Assembly (NCBI GenBank): GCA_026416055.1 | Contig: JAOAFX010000004.1 | Coordinates: 1 to 57,020 of the forward strand | Length of the DNA: 57,020 nt | DNA from: a candidate division WOR-3 bacterium | GTDB lineage: Bacteria; Hydrothermota; Tepidihabitantia; SM23-42; JAOAFX01 | Direction: 5' to 3' | Part shown: one piece after another, positions 9,511-18,933 of the stretch | How positions within the stretch are numbered: the stretch's first letter is position 1 | Layout of the letters: the number at the start of each line of letters is the position of its first letter | The notes under the pieces: generated by a model | The model's database searches: none | The model's input: only the letters and a program-made list of their open reading frames with translations | What the model was told of the DNA's origin: nothing | Translations under genes and position numbers: made by a program

Positions 9511-10334
9511 AAGTAGCATTGGTCGGTTGCGGACGTGTTGGAATGACCATTGGATATTTTCTAAAAAAAAGAAACCATCTTTATGGGGTTTTTGATAAGA
9601 ACAGGAAAAGACTGAATCAGGCATTGAAGCTTTTGAAGATAAAAAATAATCCTGCTTATGCTGACCTGATAGAAAATTCTGAAGTTATTCTCTTTGCTAC
9701 ACCTGATGACGAAATTCTCAATGCCTATAAAAAGGCTAAACAATACATAAAAAGTAAAAAATATGTCTTCCATTTCAGTGGATTATTGACCGCTGAAGTA
9801 TTTCCCGACGACAAACTGGTCTTTAGGGCTTCAGTCCACCCTTTTGCCACCTTTCCCCGAATCATCATTCCTCCACCACAAACCCGATTTTTTCTATTTT
9901 TTCAAGGTGATAAAGAATGTCTTAAAGTCGCACTTTCAATTTTCCCCCGCAAACATTTTTTTATCCATAGAATAGCAGGTGATAAAAAGGGTCTGTATCA
10001 CCTATCCGGTGTCTTTTCGAGCAACTTCGTAGTCGGACTGATTGAAGGTATAAATATGATAATAAAAAAAATGGGATGGAACGAGAAAAATTTAAAAAAT
10101 TTTATCCTTCCATTAATCAGAGAGACAATAAATAATGTTGAAAAGTATGGATGGCGAAATGCACTGAGCGGTCCGGTTGTTCGTGGTGACATAGAGACTG
10201 TAAAAAAACACCTTAAAATTTTAAAAAATGACTCGAAACTTCAGGATGTATATCGTAGCATCTCCAGTCTGATTACAAAATACGCTCCACCAAAGAGCCG
10301 GGAAGAATTAGAGAAAATCCTGAAAATGAATTGA
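9507..10334 (+). CDS. Rossmann-fold oxidoreductase-like protein with DUF2520-like C-terminal domain
   Basis: N-terminal dinucleotide-binding motif VALVGCGRVG. Length and C-terminal region resemble the Rossmann-plus-DUF2520 family. ATGA overlap with fabD. Confidence 0.55.
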   Translation: MKVALVGCGRVGMTIGYFLKKRNHLYGVFDKNRKRLNQALKLLKIKNNPAYADLIENSEVILFATPDDEILNAYKKAKQYIKSKKYVFHFSGLLTAEVFPDDKLVFRASVHPFATFPRIIIPPPQTRFFLFFQGDKECLKVALSIFPRKHFFIHRIAGDKKGLYHLSGVFSSNFVVGLIEGINMIIKKMGWNEKNLKNFILPLIRETINNVEKYGWRNALSGPVVRGDIETVKKHLKILKNDSKLQDVYRSISSLITKYAPPKSREELEKILKMN

Positions 10335-10358
10335 CTTTTGAGCAAAAAGCATTAAAAT
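10331..10358 (+). promoter_or_regulatory. Candidate promoter TTGACT-N16-TAAAAT, 7 nt upstream of ATG 10366 (leaderless configuration)
   Basis: TTGACT at 10331-10336 and TAAAAT at 10353-10358. The ATG is at 10366 with no SD in between. Confidence 0.5.
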
Positions 10359-10365
10359 TAAATAT

Positions 10366-11283
10366 ATGCGCAGTTATTACCTGATTCTCCTTTTGATGGT
10401 TTTTATATTATCATTCTGTGCCCATAAGGCACCACCTTTGCACATCGACCGGGTAAACCCAAAACTCATCAGGATTAACCCCTTCAGTGAAAATCAACTC
10501 ATTCTTAATTTCTCTGAAGAACTCGATTCTCTCAGTTTAAATCCGGAAAATTTTTTAATCTACTCTGAACAGGAAACTATCAAAATTATATGTGTAACTC
10601 CCGGACACACTCCAGACCAGGTTTTTCTATTCACTCCAGGAATCATTCCTGGTGAATACAATCTAATAGGTAAAGTATATGACCGCTCAGAAAGGGCAGG
10701 TTTTTTTAAAACCAAATTTATTGCCTCGACAAAAAAGGATACTGTGCCACCTTTAGTCATTAAATACACAAAAGGTGCCAGACAGAAAAATTTTTATCTT
10801 GAATATTCTGAACCAATAGATACAGCGTCAATAAAATACTATGTCTTCCCCAGAAGAAAGATGGTCTCAAAATGGTATTATATGAAAATGTTGTCACTCA
10901 TTCCCGAAACTGATTCGCTAAATCATGATACGACTTATTACCTATTTGTAAAAGAAGCGAAAGATTTAAGTGGAAATGATGCTCCTCAATTTATTACTAC
11001 AATAACTTCAGATTCTGTTTACAATCCAATATTCATAAGGGGCAGAGCAGTGTTGAATGACACTCCGATTATAAGTGGTTTGGGTGTAATATCCCGAAAA
11101 GAAATTCTCGGTATAAGTACTATTGACCATGGAGAATTTCTCTTTGAGGTACGCGACAGTTTTAATTATTATCTCCAGATTCTGGGCGATGATTGCCATG
11201 GCGCTGATTCGGTCTCTGTATCACGGGAAAATATAATCAAACTTACACCCGGGAAGGTTGATTTTGATTCCATTATTAATTAG
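10366..11283 (+). CDS. Hypothetical lipoprotein, possibly with an Ig-like fold
   Basis: Signal peptide ending in a lipobox-like LSFC. No catalytic motif recognised. Confidence 0.5.
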   Translation: MRSYYLILLLMVFILSFCAHKAPPLHIDRVNPKLIRINPFSENQLILNFSEELDSLSLNPENFLIYSEQETIKIICVTPGHTPDQVFLFTPGIIPGEYNLIGKVYDRSERAGFFKTKFIASTKKDTVPPLVIKYTKGARQKNFYLEYSEPIDTASIKYYVFPRRKMVSKWYYMKMLSLIPETDSLNHDTTYYLFVKEAKDLSGNDAPQFITTITSDSVYNPIFIRGRAVLNDTPIISGLGVISRKEILGISTIDHGEFLFEVRDSFNYYLQILGDDCHGADSVSVSRENIIKLTPGKVDFDSIIN

Positions 11284-13180
11284 TATCGCAGCAATCATTT
11301 TCTGTATCTTTGTATACCATAAAAAAATCGGACAACTCCTGCTCAGGATTGCTGCAGTAATACTGCTATATCTACTCATCACCAATTTCTCAATCCAATT
11401 TAAAAGGGAAATAAATCTTTCTCCGCCATTGATCCTCATTGACTTTTCACCGAGTATGAAACCACACCTGCATGAAATCCTTACGATGGTTGATTCATTA
11501 AAGTATAAATTTCAAAAAATTTTTTTTAGTGATTCGGTCTATTCGGATACAACTGGAGTAACACCCAAATTTACCAATATTACTCAAGCTTTAAATTTTG
11601 GTGAAAAACTTTCTCCCTCATGCATAATTCTGATATCCGATGGCAATCACAACAACGGTCCACCTCCGGAGGGAATCCTTAAAGATTTCCAGACACCAAT
11701 CTATTGTTTTGGTGCTGGTAACAGAATGATTAAAGACCAGTCGATTGCCGAAGTATTTCACCCGGATTATGCATTTTTTAATGATACAATTCCAATAGAA
11801 GTCGTTATTGAAACAAAAGGGTTCGGGGGTAGGGCGGGTAAGATTTTTTTAAAATCAGAAAACATAAAAATGGAAAAAGAATTCAGGCTCTCAGGCCATC
11901 ATGCCCGGCAGTCGGTTGAGTTTAAAATAGTACCAAAGAAAATCGGAACCCAAAAATTTAAAATAATTCTCAATCCCCAGACAGAAGAATCAAACTATCA
12001 GAACAATGAGTACGATTTTACGACAATGGTCTTTGAAAGGAAAATAAAAATTCTGTATTACACCGACCATCCTTCATTCAACACCCGATTTATTCTTGAT
12101 GTCTTGAGGAAGAATGATGATATAGAATTGACTGAAGTTATTCAAATTGCCCCGGGAAGATTTTATACAAAAGGACGACCTGTCAGCGATTCGAAGTTAG
12201 AATTAACTCCATTTGATATAATAATACTTGATAACATCAATAGCAAGAGTTTTGATGATAAGTTTCTTAACTTTCTGAAGGCAGAAAGAGGAATCCTGGT
12301 TTGCGGAAATATCTATGGATTGAACCCGATGCTCAATGAAGTCCTGCCTTTTGCAGTATCAGGAGCCCAGCATACTCAGGAATTGCCAGTTAAAATTTAT
12401 ATACCATTTTCGATCCTTACACCATTGACAGAATTTGCACCAGTATACAGAATAAATCACACCGTGGGCGTAAATCAAAATACTACATTGATCGCCCGTG
12501 CTGGAGATTTTCCCCTGATTGGATATAGAAAAACCGGAATGGGATATGTGTTCCAGATCAACATAAGTGAACTGGGTGTGTGGCATTTCACACAGATTAA
12601 TATAAATAATCAGGATATTCTAAGCCATCTTATAAACGACGTTATAAAATTTCTTTCGCCCTATAGCCGGCATAGACGACTATCGGTAAAAACAGCAAGG
12701 AATCAATACTACACTGGTGAACAGATAAAATTTTATCTCAAGGCCTATGATAAAAACCTGCAGCCTGGTTCAGGTGGTGAATTCTATCTTGAATTTCAGG
12801 ATAAAAGAATACCATTCTTTGAAATCAGACCGGGTCATTATGAAGCATCCATCCAGGCGAATGAATCCGGCGATTATACACTGACAGCGAGAGGAATCCT
12901 CCAGCATGATACACTAAGCAGTAATCTGTTGAATCTGAAAATTGTCGGGATAGAGTCAGAGCCCGAAGAATTGATTAATGAGCAACTACTTGAAAAAATC
13001 AGTTCCAGAACCGGAGGCGGGTACTATGATGTTTCGCAATTGAAAACATTTATACCACCTGAAGGCAGAAAACGGTATGAAGTTATAACTCTTTCTTTTG
13101 ATAAACCGCTGTCTTATTTTTTGATTTTTATCCTGCTTCTGATTGACTGGATTATCCGGAAAAAAGGAGGAATGGTATGA
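11258..13180 (+). CDS. Membrane protein with N-terminal double-TM anchor and vWA-like DxSxS motif (BatA-like family)
   Basis: TTG start. Two N-terminal TM helices, then LILIDFSPSM (MIDAS-like DxSxS). A C-terminal TM helix. 640 aa. Confidence 0.5.
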   Translation: MILIPLLISIAAIIFCIFVYHKKIGQLLLRIAAVILLYLLITNFSIQFKREINLSPPLILIDFSPSMKPHLHEILTMVDSLKYKFQKIFFSDSVYSDTTGVTPKFTNITQALNFGEKLSPSCIILISDGNHNNGPPPEGILKDFQTPIYCFGAGNRMIKDQSIAEVFHPDYAFFNDTIPIEVVIETKGFGGRAGKIFLKSENIKMEKEFRLSGHHARQSVEFKIVPKKIGTQKFKIILNPQTEESNYQNNEYDFTTMVFERKIKILYYTDHPSFNTRFILDVLRKNDDIELTEVIQIAPGRFYTKGRPVSDSKLELTPFDIIILDNINSKSFDDKFLNFLKAERGILVCGNIYGLNPMLNEVLPFAVSGAQHTQELPVKIYIPFSILTPLTEFAPVYRINHTVGVNQNTTLIARAGDFPLIGYRKTGMGYVFQINISELGVWHFTQININNQDILSHLINDVIKFLSPYSRHRRLSVKTARNQYYTGEQIKFYLKAYDKNLQPGSGGEFYLEFQDKRIPFFEIRPGHYEASIQANESGDYTLTARGILQHDTLSSNLLNLKIVGIESEPEELINEQLLEKISSRTGGGYYDVSQLKTFIPPEGRKRYEVITLSFDKPLSYFLIFILLLIDWIIRKKGGMV

Positions 13181-13710
13181 ACCCCCAGGAACTGGTAGCG
13201 AGGGGTTTTTCTCCGGAATGGGCAGTTTTTTTAACTTCGATGATCCCAGTAGTTGAATTGCGCGGTGCCCTGCCACTGGCAATAAATCTTTTTAAAATTC
13301 ACTGGACCAAGGCATTCCTTATCGCTTTTTTCGGCAACATCCTTCCGGTTCCGTTTATACTCCTTTTATTAAAACCTGCCACCGATTTACTTTGCAGAAT
13401 CCCGTTATTTAAAAAATTTTTTGACTGGCTCTTCAACCGCACACGAAAAAAGAGCAAGGTGATTGAAAAGTATGAAGAGATCGGACTATTGATATTCGTC
13501 GCCATCCCGCTTCCCGGGACCGGTGCATGGACAGGTGCACTTCTTGCCTATTTAATGAATCTTGATTTTAAAAAATCCGTTCTTTATATCACCCTGGGTG
13601 TGTTTATTGCGGGTGTAATCGTCACCTCACTCTGTATCATTGGCTGGCTCGGTGCTATCATTGCTGGATGCGGGGTAACAATTTTTATTCTCATCCGGAT
13701 ATTTAAATAA
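13177..13710 (+). CDS. Small multidrug-export-like membrane protein (COG2426-type)
   Basis: 177 aa and polytopic. N-terminal SMIPVVELRGALPLAI resembles the Sm_multidrug_ex family. ATGA-type overlap with the upstream gene. Confidence 0.55.
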   Translation: MNPQELVARGFSPEWAVFLTSMIPVVELRGALPLAINLFKIHWTKAFLIAFFGNILPVPFILLLLKPATDLLCRIPLFKKFFDWLFNRTRKKSKVIEKYEEIGLLIFVAIPLPGTGAWTGALLAYLMNLDFKKSVLYITLGVFIAGVIVTSLCIIGWLGAIIAGCGVTIFILIRIFK

Positions 13711-14275
13711 TCAAACTCATTCCGATGCCAGTGATTATAGGAACAGAAAAATTATCATCCCAGGGTAAGGGCAGGGCTTCAAAAAAAGTGGAGATTAAAG
13801 CACCGGCAAAAAGCACCCAAAAAGGAAGCGTCAGAAGCGAATGGAGGATAAAAACGACGACAACGTTTGAACCAAAATAGGCAAGGCTCCCAACCAATGT
13901 CTTTTTAAACAATTTTGGTCCCTTTATATTCTGTCCAAACATTGCAGCAAATGTATCACCAACGATTGTAAAAGTGCATGCCGAAATCACGATGGGACGG
14001 GGAAAAATCAAAGCGGTTATCAGACAGCCCAAAAGGAGAAATGTTGCGCCACTGAGATTCGTCAGTTCACGCCTTCTCAAGAAAGAACCGAAAAAAAGGA
14101 TGAAACCTTCTTTCACACCGTTGACATGGAGGCGTGTGAAATCTATCGCCACAATGATCATGGTTATAGTAAAAAGTAATGACCGTGCGGATGCCTCCGG
14201 TAAGAGATAGTATAACACAGGTATGAATATTGCCCAGAGGTTCAATAATTTACGAAAAATTTCTGCCTTGAGCAT
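13703..14275 (-). CDS. Polyprenol/dolichol/phytol kinase family membrane protein (COG0170-like)
   Basis: 190 aa and polytopic. The VGDTFAAMFG...KKTLVGSLAYF segment is typical of CTP-dependent polyprenol kinases. Confidence 0.55.
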   Translation of the reverse strand: MLKAEIFRKLLNLWAIFIPVLYYLLPEASARSLLFTITMIIVAIDFTRLHVNGVKEGFILFFGSFLRRRELTNLSGATFLLLGCLITALIFPRPIVISACTFTIVGDTFAAMFGQNIKGPKLFKKTLVGSLAYFGSNVVVVFILHSLLTLPFWVLFAGALISTFFEALPLPWDDNFSVPIITGIGMSLII

Positions 14276-14285
14276 CTATCGCTAT

Positions 14286-15209
14286 TTAAAATTCCAATCC
14301 GAGGGAAAATTTGTTTGATATTCCCAGGTCAGTATGGGTTATAAGTCCATAATCAAAAAATATCTTTTTGTATCTTAACCCTGCACCCGCAGTGTAACGA
14401 TTACCGGTTTTGCCAAAACGACCATATATCTTATTCTTATATGCCAGTTCAATACCATGAGCAAGGAGAATATCATCCATAGTGAAGTGTCTCATAAAAT
14501 CTGACTCAATAGTCAAAATTGAGTTTATTTTTGAAAGAGGAATCCGGGATGCCAGGCCAAATGTCAATTTCGGATAGATATATTCTCTTGTTTCATTTTT
14601 CCAGTAAATCGGCGAAAGAATAAAATCCCTTATACTCATGCCAATGGTTAAATTTGTAAGTTTTATTTTAATGCCGATGTCTGTTCCCGCACCAAGACCG
14701 GTGACAACAGCGAGATCCCGATAATATATCTTGAGATTCGTACCATATGATAGAAAGTTCTTGGTTCTACCGGCATTCAGATAAATTACTACATCCTTTG
14801 TTGATACTGTATCATAAGGTATTGGCTGGTTTCCATCATCAGGCTGGTGGGTTGTATCAGGAAGTGTAGTCAGTTTAATGCCACCAACCGAAACCATCTG
14901 GAATCCCAGACCCCAGGCAAAATCGTTCTTGGGGATGATTATCGCACCAAAATCATTTTTGACAATCCCTGCAAAATTTTCTGAATGCATCAGATGTAGT
15001 GAACGACTGATAAAGGGTGAAAGGGCAGGATTGAGAATTAAAGCACTCGGGTCAATCCCCTGAGCAACACCGGTTCCACCCATTCCACAGATTCTTCCTC
15101 CAACCATCAGTTCCTGAAATTCACCAGCATATTTCCTGCTGTATCCAGTCGTAGAATACAGTAATATCATAAACAAACAAAAATTTTTTAGACTTATGAT
15201 TCTACACAT
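14286..15209 (-). CDS. Putative outer-membrane beta-barrel protein (PorV/PorQ-like)
   Basis: Signal peptide, alternating beta-strand pattern and C-terminal ...SLGLEF with a terminal Phe (OMP signature). Overlaps the upstream NHL gene by 16 nt. Confidence 0.45.
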   Translation of the reverse strand: MCRIISLKNFCLFMILLYSTTGYSRKYAGEFQELMVGGRICGMGGTGVAQGIDPSALILNPALSPFISRSLHLMHSENFAGIVKNDFGAIIIPKNDFAWGLGFQMVSVGGIKLTTLPDTTHQPDDGNQPIPYDTVSTKDVVIYLNAGRTKNFLSYGTNLKIYYRDLAVVTGLGAGTDIGIKIKLTNLTIGMSIRDFILSPIYWKNETREYIYPKLTFGLASRIPLSKINSILTIESDFMRHFTMDDILLAHGIELAYKNKIYGRFGKTGNRYTAGAGLRYKKIFFDYGLITHTDLGISNKFSLGLEF

Positions 15210-16483
15210 TTTACAACACCCCTTAAATATTTTTTAATCTTGGTCCCATGGCCATGGCGCGCTCGCACTGTGATACGGAATTCATATTCACCCGGGGGAA
15301 CAACATTTCCATCCTGATTGAGTCCATCCCAGACTATGAGGACTTCACCCGGTGGTTTTTTTAAACCATCAATCAAGTTTCCGATTTTCTTACCTGTCTG
15401 GTCATAAATGTCAATATCAATCCGTCCTTCATTTGTGATATACAATGCCAGGGTTGTGCCTGGCTGCTTTTGAGAAAAAACCGGAGGAAAACATCCTACA
15501 AGGAATGCATCGATTGATATCCATAGATATTGTCCGCCTTCTTTTTCAGTTATAAAAACCTGGCCATAGCGCCGACCAATCGTTATTCCCCTTGGTGAAT
15601 GGAATTCACCTGGACCGGTTCCGGTCCTTCCTTCAGATATTATGTATGTCAGATGACGATCAAATTTATGAATCTGGTCGTTCTTTTCGTCAGTTACATA
15701 AATATTGGCAAAATAATCAGTTGCACAATAAAGAAAATTTGCCTCTGCAAAACCAATTTCGAAACAGTATATTGAGTTTAAGAATCTTCCTGAAGTGGTA
15801 AACCGAGAAATCCGCTTTCCATCATTATCGGTGATAACAATAAAATCTTCATGATAATGGTTATATGGCGCATCTTTGTCAATCACCTCTATTCCCATTG
15901 GATGGTATATCTCACCATATGTTTGCCCTTCTTTCCCGAAAGAACTGATAAGGGAATCCTGTGGAGAATAGACATAAATCTTTGAATTGTCGTAGTCGGT
16001 AACATAAAGATTATTCTTGGAATCGAGGCAGACATCAAATGGTCTTCCTGGAAGTTTTATCTCCCCGATAATCTCAAGTTTGCCTTTTGTATACTGCAAT
16101 TTCACAACCCTCTTATTACCAAAATCAGCAAGGTAAATAAGTCCATCTTCATTAGCAGTAATTCCCTTGGGTTGTGAAAAAACTCTATCATTTCCGTAAA
16201 CCCTTGCTTCCTTTAAACCTATATTATATACAATTTGACCTGAGCCCGAATTTACCGCAAAGACTGTCAGTTCATCATCGTCCCTTTTTGTTCTCGGGTC
16301 ATCAAGTTCTTTCAATTTTACGGCAACTATGCCCTGTGGGTCATTATAATCGAAACCAGGACCTATGAATAATCTTAAATAATATTTTGAAGCACGATAG
16401 AACCCAAATGTATGTTCAAACGGCGGGACTGCCAATGTCTGGGGCTGGTACTGATTCAGAATAATAAATAATAAATGGAACAC
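15194..16483 (-). CDS. NHL-repeat beta-propeller protein with C-terminal FlgD-Ig/T9SS-like sorting domain
   Basis: GTG start. Repeated NHL-like blades (YVTDYDNSKIYVY, YVTDEKNDQIHKF, FITEKEGG). The C-terminal segment LIVWDGLNQDGNVVPPGEYEFRITV is typical of FlgD-Ig-like/CTD domains. Confidence 0.6.
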   Translation of the reverse strand: MFHLLFIILNQYQPQTLAVPPFEHTFGFYRASKYYLRLFIGPGFDYNDPQGIVAVKLKELDDPRTKRDDDELTVFAVNSGSGQIVYNIGLKEARVYGNDRVFSQPKGITANEDGLIYLADFGNKRVVKLQYTKGKLEIIGEIKLPGRPFDVCLDSKNNLYVTDYDNSKIYVYSPQDSLISSFGKEGQTYGEIYHPMGIEVIDKDAPYNHYHEDFIVITDNDGKRISRFTTSGRFLNSIYCFEIGFAEANFLYCATDYFANIYVTDEKNDQIHKFDRHLTYIISEGRTGTGPGEFHSPRGITIGRRYGQVFITEKEGGQYLWISIDAFLVGCFPPVFSQKQPGTTLALYITNEGRIDIDIYDQTGKKIGNLIDGLKKPPGEVLIVWDGLNQDGNVVPPGEYEFRITVRARHGHGTKIKKYLRGVVKCVES

Positions 16484-16489
16484 AACATA

Positions 16490-16517
16490 ATTATAAGGAT
16501 AATAACCGATTTGTCAA
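16490..16517 (-). promoter_or_regulatory. Consensus promoter TTGACA-N16-TATAAT, 6 nt upstream of GTG 16483 (leaderless configuration)
   Basis: Reverse complement of 16512-16517 is TTGACA and of 16490-16495 is TATAAT, with a 16-nt spacer. Confidence 0.5.
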
Positions 16518-16537
16518 TGAAAAATGACAAGTCTTTC

Positions 16538-16565
16538 TTGACATGTCTTTTTAATTCATTATAAT
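16538..16565 (+). promoter_or_regulatory. Consensus promoter TTGACA-N16-TATAAT, 5 nt upstream of the predicted thiE GTG (leaderless configuration)
   Basis: TTGACA at 16538-16543 and TATAAT at 16560-16565. GTG is at 16571. Divergent from the 16490-16517 promoter. Confidence 0.5.
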
Positions 16566-16570
16566 TACCT

Positions 16571-17587
16571 GTGGAATGGGAACAGATTCTTGATGTGAAT
16601 TTAAATCGTCTCACTGAAGCACTGAAATTAATTGAGGACTATATCAGATTTGAATTAAAAAAGCCAGCCATTCTTGAAAAAGTAAGGAACCTCAGATATA
16701 ATTTCTTTCTATTAAAAAAATCGATATCAACGATTGATATAGTCTCCAGCCGTCAGAGTGCTTCTGATTTAGGAAGAAAACCCGATTTTGATTCTGTTCC
16801 ACGGGAGAAGGAATTAGACATCATCATGGCAAATTTCACCCGTGCCAAGGAATCAGCACGGATAATTGAAGAAATTTTGCGTATGAAGGATAGAAGTGCA
16901 AGCCGTGTTATGAAACGAATAAGGTTTGGCATTTATGACCTTGAAAAAATCGTCCTTGAGATGAAAGAAAAAAAATTCAATCCCAGATTGTATGCGATCA
17001 TTGACGAAAAATATCTTGGGAAAATGCCACTCGATAAAATGGTCAAAACCCTGCAGGATAATGGTGCAACGATGATACAACTGCGGATAAAAAGCCTGCC
17101 TGATAAGACATTTTATCGGTATGCCGAAAAGATAAAAAGATTATTAACCAATCCGGAAATTAAATTTATTATCAACAATCGCATTGATATTGCCATAGGT
17201 GTCGATGCCGATGGAGTCCATTTAGGACAGAATGATATTCCATTAGTAAAAGCCCGGAAGATAGCGGGAGAAAAGTTCATAATCGGGATTTCAGCCCACA
17301 ACCTTAATGAAGCACAGCGTGCTCAGAAAAATGGTGCTGATTATTTAGGGGTCGGTGCGGTTTATCCAACCCAAACAAAGTTAGATGCCCGGTGCTGTGG
17401 ACTTAACCTGATTCGGCAATTGCGAAAAAAAATTTTTTTGCCTATAATCGGCATTGGTGGAATAAATGATAAAAACTATAAAGAAGTTCTTCGTGCCGGT
17501 GCTGACGGTGTGGCCGTTGCCTCTTATCTTTTTGAAGGGAATCTCAAAAAGAATCTGCGTGCCCTGAAGTTGAAAGATGCTTTCTAA
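16571..17587 (+). CDS. thiE: Thiamine-phosphate synthase with a ~130-aa N-terminal extension
   Basis: The C-terminal ~205 aa carry ThiE signatures (LYAIID, IQLRIK, INNRIDIA, DGVHLGQNDIP, IGISAHN, YLGVGAVYPTQTK, IGIGGI). The N-terminal helical domain has unknown function. Confidence 0.85.
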   Translation: MEWEQILDVNLNRLTEALKLIEDYIRFELKKPAILEKVRNLRYNFFLLKKSISTIDIVSSRQSASDLGRKPDFDSVPREKELDIIMANFTRAKESARIIEEILRMKDRSASRVMKRIRFGIYDLEKIVLEMKEKKFNPRLYAIIDEKYLGKMPLDKMVKTLQDNGATMIQLRIKSLPDKTFYRYAEKIKRLLTNPEIKFIINNRIDIAIGVDADGVHLGQNDIPLVKARKIAGEKFIIGISAHNLNEAQRAQKNGADYLGVGAVYPTQTKLDARCCGLNLIRQLRKKIFLPIIGIGGINDKNYKEVLRAGADGVAVASYLFEGNLKKNLRALKLKDAF

Positions 17588-17592
17588 AATAC

Positions 17593-17620
17593 TTGAATTC
17601 TGTAAGTTTTTATTTATACT
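17593..17620 (+). promoter_or_regulatory. Candidate promoter TTGAAT-N16-TATACT for hpf-hprK-EIIA operon
   Basis: TTGAAT at 17593-17598 and TATACT at 17615-17620, followed by the SD AAGGAGG and ATG 17636. Confidence 0.55.
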
Positions 17621-17635
17621 TTATTTCAAGGAGGT

Positions 17636-17956
17636 ATGATGAACATAGCCATCTCAGCAAGGAATTTCACCCTGACCGATGCCATGACCGAATTTGCTGG
17701 CAGGAAGTTGGCCAAGTTAAAAAGATTCGAACATCATATAATTGATGGAAACCTTGTTCTGGAGAAAGATAAATCAATAAGCATTGTGGAACTCACCCTC
17801 AGGGTCAAACATTCAACGATCAATTGCAAGGTGAATACCCAGGACATTTACCAGGGGATAATTGACGTAGCAAAGAAAGCTGAAAGGCAACTACAGAAAT
17901 ACGAAGAAAAATTCAGGGAAAGAAAAAGAATTGCAGCAAAGACCAGGCGTGTATGA
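17636..17956 (+). CDS. hpf: Ribosome hibernation-promoting factor (short HPF/RaiA, sigma-54 modulation protein family)
   Basis: 106 aa. The sequence NIAISARNFTLTDAMTEFAGRKLAKLKRF is typical of the family. Confidence 0.9.
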   Translation: MMNIAISARNFTLTDAMTEFAGRKLAKLKRFEHHIIDGNLVLEKDKSISIVELTLRVKHSTINCKVNTQDIYQGIIDVAKKAERQLQKYEEKFRERKRIAAKTRRV

Positions 17957-18933
17957 ATAAAATCACAGCCCAGACTTTATACGAAGAGAAAAAAGACGAT
18001 TTCTCTTTTGAGATCATAACTGGCGGTGAATATCTAAAGAAAAGATCAATAACAAGTTGCGATATTTTTAGACCCGGACTTGCACTTGCCGGATATACCG
18101 GATATTTTCTGAGCGAAAGGATAATGATAATCGGTAAAACAGAGACTTCTTATTTAAAAACCCTCGATAAAAAAACCAAGGCAAAGCGTATAGCGATAAT
18201 AATGAAATTAGGAACACCCTGTGTTATAGTAACCAAAAAACTAAAAGTCGATGAAAAATTTATTGAAGAGGCAAAGAAAAGAAAAATCCCCATTTTGAGG
18301 ACACCACTATCAACCACCCCTTTCATCCATGCACTCTCTACCTATCTTGACTATAAACTTGCTCCTACCTTATACCTGCATGGCACCTTGATGGACATAT
18401 ATGGCGTGGGTGTTTTATTCATAGGAAAACCCGGAATCGGCAAAAGTGAATGTGCCCTCGATTTAGTAGAAAGAGGACATCGACTTGTTGCTGATGATCT
18501 TGTTAAAATTGTTCGTCGTGGTGAGATGTTAATAGGCATGGGTGCTGAAAAGAGTGATAAGCTCAAACATCACCTTGAAATCCGCGGGGTGGGAATCGTT
18601 GATATCTTCAGAATCTTCGGTGTAAAGGCTGTTCGTTTGCGCAAACGTATTGAAATAATAATTGAGCTTGTATACTGGGCAGAAACCAAAGGAGAATACG
18701 AAAGATTGGGCTTGACTAAAAAAACAAAAAAGATCCTCGGGATTGCAATACCATATATTAAATTGCCCCTTACACCCGGAAAGAATATTTCAGTCATTGC
18801 CGAAGTTGTAGCAATGAATTATCTTCTCGAATTAAGGGGTATTAACGCCGCAAGGGAATATAACGAAGAATTACGACGAATACTTTTCAAGAAAGAAGTC
18901 CCGAGTGTCCATTTTGATGAAGATATAGAATGA
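17953..18933 (+). CDS. hprK: HPr kinase/phosphorylase
   Basis: 326 aa. Walker A GKPGIGKSECALDLVERGHRLVADD and the HLEIRGVGI signature. ATGA overlap with hpf. Confidence 0.92.
   Translation: MNKITAQTLYEEKKDDFSFEIITGGEYLKKRSITSCDIFRPGLALAGYTGYFLSERIMIIGKTETSYLKTLDKKTKAKRIAIIMKLGTPCVIVTKKLKVDEKFIEEAKKRKIPILRTPLSTTPFIHALSTYLDYKLAPTLYLHGTLMDIYGVGVLFIGKPGIGKSECALDLVERGHRLVADDLVKIVRRGEMLIGMGAEKSDKLKHHLEIRGVGIVDIFRIFGVKAVRLRKRIEIIIELVYWAETKGEYERLGLTKKTKKILGIAIPYIKLPLTPGKNISVIAEVVAMNYLLELRGINAAREYNEELRRILFKKEVPSVHFDEDIE

Noticed and set aside
16484-16570. TPP riboswitch upstream of thiE
   Set aside because: The region is only 87 nt, is occupied by two divergent promoters, and lacks the conserved TPP aptamer core.
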